Part shown: piece by piece, positions 1 to 12,262 of the stretch
Numbering within the stretch: the first letter of the stretch is position 1
How the letters are laid out: every line of letters begins with the position of its first letter
Assembly: GCA_951406725.2 (NCBI GenBank)
Contig: OX597821.1
Coordinates: 56,234,001-56,298,000 of the forward strand
From: Octopus vulgaris
Lineage: Eukaryota
DNA: 64,000 bases
Direction: 5' to 3'
Position numbers and translations under genes: made by a program
The notes under the pieces: model-generated
Seen by the model: the letters and a program-made list of their open reading frames with translations, nothing else
The model's database searches: none
Told to the model about the DNA's origin: nothing

Positions 1-59
1 TCGCGCTCCACTATTTTGGCGCTTCATTTGCTCTCAACACCCGCTGAATGGAGGGTTGG

Positions 60-238
60 GTATTTCATGCTTTAGCAGCATTTCACCCGTCTCTACGTTC
101 TGAGTTCAAATTCCGCCGTGGATCACTTTTGTGGGTCAATAAAATAAGTGTCAGTTGAAGACCGAGAGTCAGTGTATTCGATTAGCCCTTCCCTCAAAAT
201 TTCAAGCCTTATGTTTATAATAAAAAGGATTATTATTA
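60..238 (+). mobile_element. tRNA-derived SINE family A, degenerate
   Basis: B-box region ctacgttctgagttcaaattccgcc and (TAT)n tail; same family as the 22967 and 44764 copies. Confidence 0.7.
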
Positions 239-1671
239 TCATTATGTTCCGTAATATCAACATTAGAACATTGGTTCGATTCCTATTTAACTTGTTTATT
301 TCCTTTATATTACTAAATATTATTGACAAAAGTATGAAAGCGACACGACGTTATTCCACGTCTCAGTATCTCTAATACTTTAAGTTTATTCTTTCAAATT
401 CCTGAGGTATTTACTCTCCACCTGAGTCAATTTCTAATCAATACAGAGATCCAGTTAATTATATGAATTGGGAAAATATTTTAACCCCTATAAATATACG
501 CAAATACTCCCCTGTTTGTTGATGTGAAGTGGATGAGAAATAAATATACCTGCTGTACAGGACAACAGTCTATTACAGATAACTTTTTTCAGATAATCCG
601 CTACTTCTCCTGATTTATGTAATATTATATGAGACTAGTAACCGTATTGAGCTCGCTGCCTATGAGTAAGTAAACCAATATTTGACCCATTCTAACATTT
701 CCCCTGTACAACTATCTAAAGTATTGCGCTTATTTAACAGCTATTTTCAGAACTTTAATTTCTTATCTTGATTCTATTTTATATTTTTACCGAAATTAAC
801 CTGTTTATAGAGAAAAATTAATCAATAAAATACTTGCTTTCACAATCAGTTATAAACAGATGATGTTGCCTTGAGACCTGAGGCATTATTTTCTGACTCC
901 CTCTAATACATCTCTGTATTTTAAAAGATCTAAACGTGTTTTGCACGATTTTATGAACAAAAAAAGCTTATGACCGTGAAGTATTGTGGATGTACTGGAG
1001 ATTTCTTTTAAAGTTATTTAGGTTGTTATATCTTCTTTTGCCAAGCTATATGAGTAGATGGATTTAAATCTATAAGATGAAACTAACGAAACGCTGGGAC
1101 ACTGGTCAATTTACAAGTACATCCGCTGCTAATATGTCAGATTCATGATAATTAGTGTAAACAATATGAACTAGTAAATGCTTTGACCAGGGGCAATCCA
1201 AACATCTTGCAGAGGATCTGATCTCACAAACTATGAGTTAATAGAATAATATAATGTCCAATTACCCTTTTAGTGTTTGCTGTGATTGTTCTAAATTAAA
1301 TTGGAAAATGATGACAGTTAGTTTCCAACCTTATTTTCTTCGTTTATTCCAAATAATAGTTGTGTATCGCTTTAATCAAGAGATGTATTATCTCAGTTTC
1401 ATATAAAATTGATTTCTCTCACAAAATGTATTAATCTGATATCACAAACAATATTTCTTTTCTTGTGCCATAAATCGATCGATTCTGTTCAACCTACGCA
1501 AATTACATTTTCATTTACAGATATATGTATTGAATCATTGAGAGTTACGATGTTCATGGTTTGTAGATAAGGTTCAACATACGGGAATGAAATGAAATAG
1601 TTTCGCACATTGAAATTAATAATTGAACATTTCAATTTTGATATATTTCCTTATTTAATTTCATTTAATAT

Positions 1672-1858
1672 ATTGGCTTCAAATTTTGGCTCAAGGCCAG
1701 CTATTTGATTGCCTCGACCTTGGTACTCAACTGATACTTATTCTATCGACACCCAAAAGGATGAAAGGCAAAGTCAACTTCGGCGGAATTTGAACTCACA
1801 ACCTAAAGATTAAGCATTTCGCTCGGTGTGCTAAAGATTCTGCTAGCTCACCCCCTTA
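1672..1858 (-). mobile_element. SINE family A
   Basis: ggatgaaaggcaaagtcaacttcggcggaatttgaactc...tgctagctcacccc matches the reverse complement of the family. Confidence 0.75.
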
Positions 1859-3944
1859 ACTTCAATTAATGTATAGAAAACATTCTAAAATAAGTCTTAT
1901 ATTAATGGAGAAATAATGTATTCTGAAGGTGAAAAATTGTTCCTGATAACTCTTTATTCATTTGGTTATTTATTTATTTGTCTATAATTGGTAAACTGTC
2001 CCGGAGGAACATTTTCAAAGATTATCATGGATGTCAATTGCCACCAAGGATATTACATTTTTCTTGCCTAAAGGACATGAACATCTCAAGTTTGTTTATA
2101 ATTGCTCTAATAGTTTGTTTTCTTGAGTATCAATTTATATATTTACATATAATCTTCTGAGTTTAGAATATATTATCGTAAATATCTATTAGTGTCGTTA
2201 TAATAAGATTGAATATTATTACTCATGAAGATCTGTTGATCACATTAAGTACTACATCTGTGAATCGCATGCTGTATTGTACTCAAGCTACTCAATTCAG
2301 CTAATTTGTAAATATTTGTAGTTGACACCGCAAGGTTTGGGAGCACGCTATAACTGACGACAATCTGGATTGTTTTCTGGATTAACCTTTTATAATAGGT
2401 AAAACTTTGAAAAGAGGATTCAGAGAGGGATATTATTTAGTCTCAGAGTAACTCTAAACGATAAACAAATGGCCAAAAGCATTTCAGTGAATCCACAACA
2501 CCTGTTTTTGTTTTTTTCAGACAATTATGCACATATTTTTCCATAGAGAAAAGTGTTATTTGACGGAGATTTAGTTGTTATTTGAAGAAGGTCAAGTAGA
2601 GGGTTTTATTGGTTTATCGAGAAACAACTGAGATATTTATGAATTGCTGTTTATCATCAGAACAACTCCAAACGAACATATATATTATCGAATGCCTCCC
2701 AACCATGACCATCACGTCTTTCTGGATTACAGTATGCTATCTCTACCTTTCGTCTTATGACGGTTTAAAATTAAGTTAATTCCAATAGGTCGAGTGACCA
2801 AGTTGAAACTTCCTCGATGACCGGATAAGTATTTAACGCTGCACAATATTTCTAGATCTCACTTGGTTCTATATCTCTTACATTTACAAATAATAAGACT
2901 AACGACTACCGAGTAGTTCTATTCTCATCACAAATAGTAACACTTATTGATTATACACCTCTTAATATCACTGTTATAAATGTAACGGTGTATTTTCTTA
3001 ATCTAGCCACGAGCTAACAAGGGAGCTCCTACAGGCTAGTCTGGTACTTTTAATTGTTTGGTCTATGGGGAAGGGAACTGCACATATGCTTCTCATATCT
3101 TCCGAGATTAGTGGGAAGGGGAAAGCCCAGGAGGTATTCTCAATTCAGTGATATGAACCAAATACTTGCAACAGAGTGGACTCCGCACACACGGACGGAG
3201 TGGTAGTTTTAAACGGGGGGGAGGTATATTGCGCGACAGATTAATTTTACCACTTCTTAGGACATGGTAGTATTGCAACTCAGAATGCAAAGACTTGAGT
3301 AATCGATTCCTGAAGGAGCAAAGACGAAGCCGGCCTTGGTGGGAATTGAACTTAGAACGCAAGGCATTTTGTCTAATGTTCTAACAACTCTGGTAATTTG
3401 TCAAATAATATCGGCCAGGAATAGTTGCAAAATTTCTCTCAAGCCACTATTTACCATCAAGAAACGGTATGAAAAGTTGGATAATATATTATGGGTACAG
3501 ACTGAAAATAAAATCAGACAGGCATGGTTGAATTGTCTTCATCATAGACTTGTGTGATTATTAGTGTTCTGTTATTAAACATCAAGAACAACAGATAAAT
3601 ATCCAAATAAAACCAATATTAATGAAGTAGTCAGTTATAATACATTTTGTAAACATCTTGGAAAATCATTATTTCAGAATGTTTATCTCTGCAACCACCT
3701 TTGAGACCTTTCAATGTCTAAAATAAAATTAAAAAAAAAACAGAAACATGAAAAACGCACTATGAAAAACAAAGTTCAAACAGAAACAGTTTTATGCCTT
3801 GAGGCATTTTTTATTTCCATATTTGAAATTTTCCTAAACTCCTAAACTGCAACCGTCACCAACATCTACGAATTCTACTGATATAATATCAACAATCACA
3901 CGTTGATAGATATTCATATATATATATATAGACACACATACACG

Positions 3945-4026
<82 letters not shown>

Positions 4027-4716
4027 AGGTAATATATATATACAGGCACATACACACAAATAAGCGTATGTATACATAAGGATATGTACATGCTTATGTA
4101 AATGGCGATACAACGTTATGCCCATTAGTAAAACATTAATCCTTTCATTTCGTCCTCACACATCACATTTCAGTTTCGTTTTTCGAAGATTAATTGTCAA
4201 GAATTCAGAGTCAAGTAATTATGTCAATATCATTAAACTTTATCGATGAATAACTAATATGATTGTAACTCTGATAATAATGTATTTTATTCAAGTCAAT
4301 AATTACAGTACAGATATGTAGCAACTATACCAGATAAAAAAAATGACCTGAAGAGATGTAACCTCGGCAGCCCAGTTCCATTATCAGTTGTAGTCATTTT
4401 TTCTTCGGTTATATCATTAATTCTCTAAACTATATAAATGATACTATACTATACAAATGTTATACTTAATGTATGTAGGAAAATGATGAAAGTTTTATGC
4501 AAATGTTTTGATTTTGAAATACCAAATAATTTTACTGATAAATGTATATTTGTATGTTTGTGTGTGCGTGTATGTGTGTGTGTGTTTGTGTGTGTGTGTG
4601 TATTTTTAACAAGAACACAAATGGGTTTAAAATTTGAAATGTACTACAGCTATTTCTGTGGCATTTAATTGATTTAAAATAGCATTTTATTGATTTAAAA
4701 TTTACTATAGCTGTTT

Positions 4717-4878
4717 CTCTACCATGTTCATGTAAAATTTTCAATATATATATAGACAGACAAGATAAAACCTTGAAGATGGCCTCCTCTAGGATAAACA
4801 CTATGAATAAGTGATATCGTCTTCAAGGTTTTACCTGGCCTGTTTATACGGTTAAAATTTCCCCTGAGAATGGTAGAT
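4717..4878. repeat. Imperfect palindrome / foldback
   Basis: ctaccatgttcatgtaaaattt...taaaaccttgaagatg pairs with cgtcttcaaggtttta...aaatttcccctgagaatggtag. Confidence 0.65.
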
Positions 4879-5131
4879 TTACGTTATGATGTAATCTATG
4901 AATGCCTAAGTTTTTAACCTCTTTGTTTTGTTCTTTTTTAAAGACTCTGTCACAGCTGGGACAAACCCTGAGTAGGTTGTGTGGTTTCTTTTGGATTTGT
5001 TACCTATATATATATATATATATACATATAGGGTGGGGTATGAATGTATGTATATAAATATTGATAAAAACGGTAAGATAACAAAAGAAAGAAAGAGATC
5101 TCGATATTATGTAAATAGAGAAATTTATCTG

Positions 5132-5825
5132 TAAAAGTAATATGTGACAATTATTCGGTCGCCAAGATAAAACTGCGATTTCGGATGCCGAGGTGGAAAT
5201 CCACGGCACCATCTCTTCAGTTATCCGACCATCGAAAAAACGCTATGAAAAATGACTGTTATACTAAGGGAAATTACTGTGTTATTGACCGCTATTAAGA
5301 CAAAAGGACTATTCGAATGACCGCTAAGTAAGTTAAGTGGGGTAAAAATTCATAGTATTCGCGTAAGCTCCCTTGTTCATACCTACATATGTACGCTCGC
5401 ACACTCACGTACGTACGCATACATTCATCCACCCTCACTAGAAAAATGTACACATCTTTACTCGCATCCTTCACCAAATGTATATGCATATACATAACCC
5501 CCCCACACACACACACACGCACCGTAAAAATTCATACATACGTCTACATACGCACAAGCACAAGAAAAAACAGGGTTAAGGGTAACAATACATAAAAAAA
5601 GCATAAGGGAGTATACAAAGAGTAAACCACGTCTATATACGCACTTATCCTTATGCACGCACACACACACACGCCCATATACTCTTTGTATACTCCCTTA
5701 TGCCTTTCATACAGTTTTTCCGATGGCCGGATAACTGAAGAGATGGTGGCGTGGATTTCCAACTCAGCATCCGAAACTCGGAGTTTTATCTTGGCTACCG
5801 AATAACTGTCACATATTACTTTTAT
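5132..5825. repeat. Inverted pair (~120 bp arms, 5132-5250 / 5704-5825) of Penelope-pLTR-like repeats, each with a minimal hammerhead motif
   Basis: The arms are reverse complements. The plus copy at 5729-5791 reads ggataa-CTGAAGA-hairpin-GAAACTCGGAGTT-ttatct. The minus copy at 5165-5226 is equivalent. Confidence 0.65.
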
Positions 5826-5835
5826 ATATATATAT

Positions 5836-5890
<55 letters not shown>

Positions 5891-5949
5891 CATACATATA
5901 CACACACATAAATATATATAACAATTAGTGGTTTTATATAAATATATAA

Positions 5950-6527
5950 AAATACGTAATCAACGAGAAAGAAATGGAAAACAGGACAAACAAACACAGA
6001 GGGAGAAGAACCTTCGTGAGTTGTTGGCTGTCTATCTACTTCTCATTTCAACGACAATATTAGGATTCATGGCGGGTTAAAGTTGGGAACAAAAACATGA
6101 CAGTTGAGACATACAAGGAATGGAAAAAAACATGGAAGAACGGAACCACCCGGAACCATGTTCCGTGTTCAGTCCCACTGCGTGGCACCTTGGGCAAGTG
6201 TCTTCTACTATAGCATCGGACCGACCAAAGCCTTGTGAGTGGATTTGGTAGACGGAAACTGAAAGAAGCCCGTCGTATATATGTATATATATATATATAT
6301 GTGTATGTGTGTGTTTGTGTGTCTGTGTTTGTCCCCCTAGCATTGCTTGACAACCGATGCTGGTGTGTTTATGTCCCCGTTACTTAGCGGTTCGGCAAAA
6401 GAGACCGATTGAATAAGTACTGGGCTTACAAAAGAATAATTCCCGGGGTCGAGTTGCTCGATTAAAAAGGTGGTGCTCCAGCATGGCCGCAGTCAAATGA
6501 CTGAAACAAGTAAAAGAGTAAAGAGTA

Positions 6528-6558
<31 letters not shown>

Positions 6559-6780
6559 TTATTATCTAATCGAACGTGACGCATTCATTTCCAAGTAAGT
6601 TTGTCTTCAACTTTTTGATGCGACTCTCTACTCTATAATTTTCTTCCTCCATCCTTCGCTTATTCCCTTTTTCTCTCTCTCTCTCTTGTTGTCACGCGTG
6701 ACCATTGCCCATCTTTCTTTTCTTTATTTGACCAATCTTTCTTTTCCTGCAAAGCCTTTAAAAAGAACAGACGTGATTTT

Positions 6781-6832
<52 letters not shown>

Positions 6833-7150
6833 CTATCTTCTATCTTTTCTCTTTTCAAAGAAAATAATTTTTTCATCCCAACGTTTACTGATTTCCTCTC
6901 GTTCTGGTCTAACAGCCCACTATGTTTTTTTTTCCATTCCTTGTATGTCTCAACTGTCATGTTTTTGTTTCCAACTTTAACCCGCCATGAATCCTAAATT
7001 TTATTTTAGAACTAATGGGAGCAACTGTTTTGAAGACTCATATTGTCGTTGAAATGAGAAGTAGATAGACAGCCAACAACTCATGAAGGTTCTCCTCCCT
7101 CTGTGTTTGTTTGTCCTGTTTTCCATTTCCTTCTCGTTGTTTACGTATTT
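5950..7150. repeat. Inverted duplication (5950-6133 vs 6922-7150) enclosing a SINE and microsatellites
   Basis: About 180 bp of near-identical reverse-complement sequence, e.g. taggattcatggcgggttaaagttgg / ccaactttaacccgccatgaatccta. The right arm has ~40 extra bp. Confidence 0.85.
6155..6528 (+). mobile_element. tRNA-derived SINE family B (CORE-like ccttgggcaagtg segment), 5' clipped
   Basis: Near-identical to the copies at 21950-22355 and 47595-48003; ends in an (AAAGAGT)n tail. Confidence 0.85.
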
Positions 7151-7822
7151 CATATTATTTGTACCGTTGGTGATGTTCTGTACCCATATATGCATGTGTA
7201 TAATAAATATATATTGTTTATTATTTATTTTATATATATATATATATCTACTGCTTTTATTTATTTATTTAATATATATATATATATACTGTTTATTATT
7301 ATATATATATATGTACAGGCACATAGAGGGCCTTTCGGGTATAGAACAGCATCAAACATGCACAGTCGTAATACTAATTAGAAATGATATCCTAAAGTAC
7401 TCACGTGAAGATAGAACAGAAAGGAAGAGGACCAGAAGGAAGGAAATGATAGTATGAAAAGTGGAAAGATAACACAAACTGGAAACTGAAGAGAATGCTT
7501 AACATGAGCAGAAACAAATCACGTCTGACTAAAAGTCCTGGTGAAAGGCACAGGTTGGGAAACAGATCAAAAAAAAAATTGAGATGGTTGGAGAGGAAGA
7601 GATAGGGAAGAAGGCATAGTGTGGTGAAAGAACGGAATAAGGATAGACAGTAAGTAGTTTACAGAGCTGGACAGAGAGAGAAATTGAAGAATGTAGGTAA
7701 GATAGGAGGGGTGGGGTATATGTAGAGAGATAGACAGATAGATAGATAGATAGAGAGAGAGAGAGGCAGACCATAGCTGAGGAATGTTTCTGCAAACAAG
7801 AGAATATGTGTGTATGTGCATG

Positions 7823-7853
<31 letters not shown>

Positions 7854-7869
7854 GCACATACACACACAA

Positions 7870-7901
<32 letters not shown>

Positions 7902-7922
7902 GAATATATACATATATACATG

Positions 7923-7997
<75 letters not shown>

Positions 7998-8181
7998 CAG
8001 ATAAAACGACTTTAATTATTGAAAAATTACTTCTTGAAATATTAAGTAATAGGTTTATAGTTACCTTTTGACTCGTAGTATTATGTAAATTATCATAAGT
8101 GCCAATGGAAGCCCTGTAAATAAGAAAAATATTCATACATAATCGAGAGAAACATTGTTCAAGAGGATTATGGTACTACTG

Positions 8182-8216
<35 letters not shown>

Positions 8217-8599
8217 GCTGCTGCTACAGCAGCTGATGCCCCTACAGTTTCTACTGTTGCTGTAGCCGCTAATGCTGCTAAAAATATATTTGTTTCAGAC
8301 ATCGGGAGAGGGCCAACAATTTTATGGAGTGGTGTTGTTACTCGACTGCATCAACATTACTTGACAGGTACTTTATTTTATCAACCCACAAAATTTAGCC
8401 AAATTTGGCCTTGTGGGACTTGAATCAGAATGTAGAGAACCGGAGCTAATATCATTTTTTGTCTGACACTCCAACAATTTTTTTCAAATGATAATAATGA
8501 TTTCATTACTGACTACAAAGTGTTTACATTATGAAAAAAAAAAATTATGAACAGCATAGGACAAAACATTCATTGTGTGTGTGTGATAGAGAGGGTTTT

Positions 8600-9085
8600 C
8601 CGTGTAAACAGGTTTAGCGGAGCAATAAAATCAGTAACATTTTTACAACGTATAAGTCTCAACAGGGAGGAGCCGTTTGAGGGGTGCTCATGGGAAACCT
8701 CATAAAACCACGGGTGCCCTAATTTCTGGGGCAGGCACCTTTTCTCAGTTCCTTATCTCAGATTCTCGCCACTCTCATCCATCTTTCAATATTCTATCCA
8801 TATTTTCTCTTCAACTAACACTTGAAGAAGTTGATAGGAGTTGGCCGAGGAAGAAAGTATTCGTCATCTGCCTCTTCAATCTCGTCTTCCATGCTACTTC
8901 TTTCGCCATAGCCACCAGGCATATAAAAACTGCTTGCCCCGCCCGATTAAGAGAAAGCGGTTGGCCGATCTTCACGATGTATTCAGTTGGAAGCCGGATC
9001 TCTCCCACACATCACAGCAGGTGTTCGACATAAATCCACATGTCAACAATGCTCGGGCACAGAACGAGTACATTGACACATTTTT
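8600..9085 (-). mobile_element. Tx1/L1-clade LINE 3' remnant
   Basis: Minus-strand translation gives VLCPSIVDMWIYVEHLL ... AVFICLVAMAKEVAWKTRLK, resembling the post-zf-RVT C-terminus; disrupted by frameshifts. Confidence 0.55.
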
Positions 9086-9089
9086 CTAA

Positions 9090-9528
9090 GCCAAATTTCA
9101 TGTTTATTTCTGTGGTAAACCCACGTACTCTCTGGAGTAATGTTTCCAGCTGTTTATTATTTGTAGCGTACAGTTTTAGTTCATCCATATTTTAGAGGTG
9201 GCTCATTGTTTTGCCGTAGCAGTTGTATCAGAATCCAGTTCTATTTAGAATGTCAGATGGTGTCAGTGCCAAGCAGAAAAGGAGTGGAGAGAGCGTGTCT
9301 CCCTGGAATATTCCTTTTCCAATGGGGATGGCTTTGGTTTTTATGAGTCCCTCTTTTGTTTGGAGATATAGGACTGTCATTTATTCATAGAGTGTTTTAT
9401 ATATTTTATGATTATTGGTGCTACCTTGTTCACCGTTAGTGTTTGTAGGATCCATGTGAGGGGAATACTATCAAAAGCCTTTCTGTACTCGATCCAGGCC
9501 ATACTTAGACCTTCTTTCTGCGGCAGTC
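9090..9528 (-). mobile_element. REL-endonuclease (R4/Dong/NeSL-like) LINE reverse-transcriptase fragment
   Basis: MAWIEYRKAFDSIPLTWILQTL and GIFQGDTLSPLLFCLAL RT motifs; abuts a (TAA)n tract at 9529-9600. Confidence 0.8.
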
Positions 9529-9885
9529 TTATTATTATTATTATCATTATTATTATTATTATTATTGCTATTATTATTGTTGTTGTTGTTATTATTATTA
9601 TCATTGTTGTTGTTTTTTGTATTTCACCCGTTACTAAGTTCTGAGTTCAAATTCTACCGGGGTCGACTTTGCTTTCATCCTACTGATATTAGAATGGAAT
9701 TTAGACTCAAGAAGCGCAGAATAATCTACCTAAAAAGAGGCAAAGAACAATCCCTGGCAGGGATAGAATTAAGGAATAGAGATTTGATTAAACAAATTGA
9801 AACGGAATCGATTAAACAAATTGAAAACTTATCGATATATCACCTCCCTCCAGAAATGCTGACCTTTTGCCAAAATTTCAAGCCA

Positions 9886-10395
9886 TTATTAACTCCGCCT
9901 TAGCGAAGGCAGAGATATTGTTTTCAGACATGTTTGTTTGTTTGTTTGTGGTCAAGATACTCAAAAACCGTTTGGGTGGATTTGACACGAACTAATTAGA
10001 TTTTTGGATCGATGAGGTACCAGACAAGGATTCTGGATTATTTTTTAAAATATTTTCCTTACTTTACATGTATGTGTAAAACTTCACATATTTCTCTTGT
10101 ACATGCACACATATATGCACATATACTCACACATTTTCAGCATTGAGCATTACCACCCTCTTTCCATTGTACACACATAACACACACACACACACACACA
10201 CATGCACACATGCACACACACACACGCGCGCACTCAAACACACCTCTTGTTTGCACACAAATAAAATCACACTTCAAACACGGTTTATCGACTTTTTCAC
10301 TCCTCTCGTTATTCCTCTATCATCCATTCCTTTCTTATTCATACGACACTCTATTTGCCATTTATCTCCTCTACCTATACCTCTCACTCCGGCTT

Positions 10396-10443
<48 letters not shown>

Positions 10444-10753
10444 ATATATAAAAACACAACGCTCATTATTATATTAGCAGATTATACATATATTTTATTA
10501 CTTTACAGTATACTTACATATATACATAATTTTATTTTTCGATCTAAAACTACAGGATTACGAAAGGAAAACTGGAATTTAAGAGATGAGAAAACCAAAA
10601 GGTCTCATGATACTCATTGAAGGATTTTGCTTCATACATTCTCATTTCAAAAATCATCTCCAGCTAATCGCTGAGAGATGATTTGCACATTCAAACAGGC
10701 ATGCATAATTGGTGTTGCGTTTGGCGGAGGTTTGCGCTCTCTAAGTGCCCTTG
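9886..10753 (+). mobile_element. Helentron-associated (HINE/DINE-like) non-autonomous element with internal insertions
   Basis: 5' ttattaactccgccttagcgaaggcagag hairpin and (gttt)n microsatellite. 3' subterminal IR ttggcggagg followed by the palindrome gcgctctctaagtgc. Confidence 0.55.
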
Positions 10754-10808
10754 TTGTTGTTGTTGTTCTTCTTCTTCTTCTTCTTATTATTATTATTATT
10801 ATTATTAC

Positions 10809-10862
<54 letters not shown>

Positions 10863-11133
10863 TACTACTATCTTTATTGTAATGATGATATTGAGGGTTT
10901 ATAGATAAAGGACAAAAAAATACTCAACAACATTGAATAAAAAAGAAATTTTAAAATCTAGCAACAGCAAATGTCGTTGGGAAAATCTCTTAGAATAAAT
11001 AATTTATGTTTATCTGTTTTTCCTTGTGAAAGCTTTATAAATATCTCATATTTCATTTTCGTTATATACCTTGCAGGATTATAAAACTCACGTCCGTTAA
11101 CAATTATGCTTCACTTGTGCCTACATACATGCA

Positions 11134-11167
<34 letters not shown>

Positions 11168-11185
11168 CACACACACATATACATA

Positions 11186-11225
<40 letters not shown>

Positions 11226-11951
11226 CATACATACACATATGCATACATATATGTATGCGTACGCATGTGCTTGCATGTGTGTGAGTGTGTGCGTGTGTGC
11301 ATGTGTGCGTGCGTGTGTGTGTGTTTCTGCTTTTGTGTGTGTATGTGTGTGTGTAGCTCCCAACCATTATTTATGTTAAACACATATATCCCTGACCTAA
11401 CTATGCATGCCTGTTTGAATGTGAAAATTATCGGACATCTTTGATGTGATGAGTAACTATGGAGGTCAGAGGACATACTGGAGGCGAACCCTTATTAAAA
11501 ATTCCAGTTAATCAATGGGTTTGTGTCGTTGACGAAGAGAAGGGGTTTTAGGAGTATATACTAGTGCTCAAATAAAAGTATTCAATTATTTATATTTTGG
11601 GGTTACGCATTTGTCAAATTTTACAGTTGTCCTTTAGATAGAAACTACATTCAAGTCTCTTAGTTTCTAAGTTTTATATACTATCGAGTATTTAACTAGG
11701 ATATTTGAGGTAAATATTAAAATAAACGCTTAAATTTTCTGAAGGAGAGTACATTAAATTTAAGGTGGTGTTATTGTTTCGTTTCAGATAATGTCTGACC
11801 GAGCAGAGCAATAATCAAAGACGATGATCTTGTAATCACTCCGTCGTTTATTAAGTTAGAATTATCTAGAACTACATTAACCAGAAGATGTAATATTTAT
11901 GAATATTTGGTTCTGTCTGAAGTAAATTAAGCAACTACATTTTTATTCTCT

Positions 11952-12262
11952 GGAGGCGCAATGGCCCAGTGGTTAGGACAGCGGACTCGCGTTCGGAGGA
12001 TCGCGGTTTCGATTCCCAGACCGTGCGTTGTGTGTGTTTATTGAGCGAAAACACCTAAACGCTCCACGAGGCTCCGACAGGGGGTGATGGTGACCCCTGT
12101 TGTACTCTTTCGCCACAACTTTCTCTCACCCTCTCTTCCTGTTTCTTGAGTAACGCTGCGATGGACTGGCGTTCCGTCCAGTTGGGTGGGGGGAAAAACA
12201 TACGCCACAGAAACCGGCAAACCGGGCCCATGAGCCGGGCTAGGCTTGAAAAGGGTGACGTT
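11952..12262 (+). mobile_element. tRNA-derived SINE family C with V-domain-like core and perfect 13-bp TSD
   Basis: A box tggcccagtggtt, B box ggtttcgattcc, and V-SINE-like gctgcgatggactggcgttccgtccag. TSD atttttattctct at 11939-11951 and 12263-12275. Confidence 0.85.

Noticed and set aside
2981-3238. GC-richer block bounded by TGT...ACA, a possible solo LTR
   Set aside because: Terminal inverted match is weak, with no TSD and no second copy in the window.
7484-7530. CTGAAGA...GAAA...GTC hammerhead-like string (similar weak cases at ~21780-21890 and ~32965-33008 on the minus strand)
   Set aside because: Stem I/III pairing is absent or the core is too mutated to support.
11952-12025. tRNA-like sequence with A and B boxes
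   Set aside because: It is the head of a SINE: it continues into a body and tail and is bounded by a TSD, and the acceptor stem does not close.
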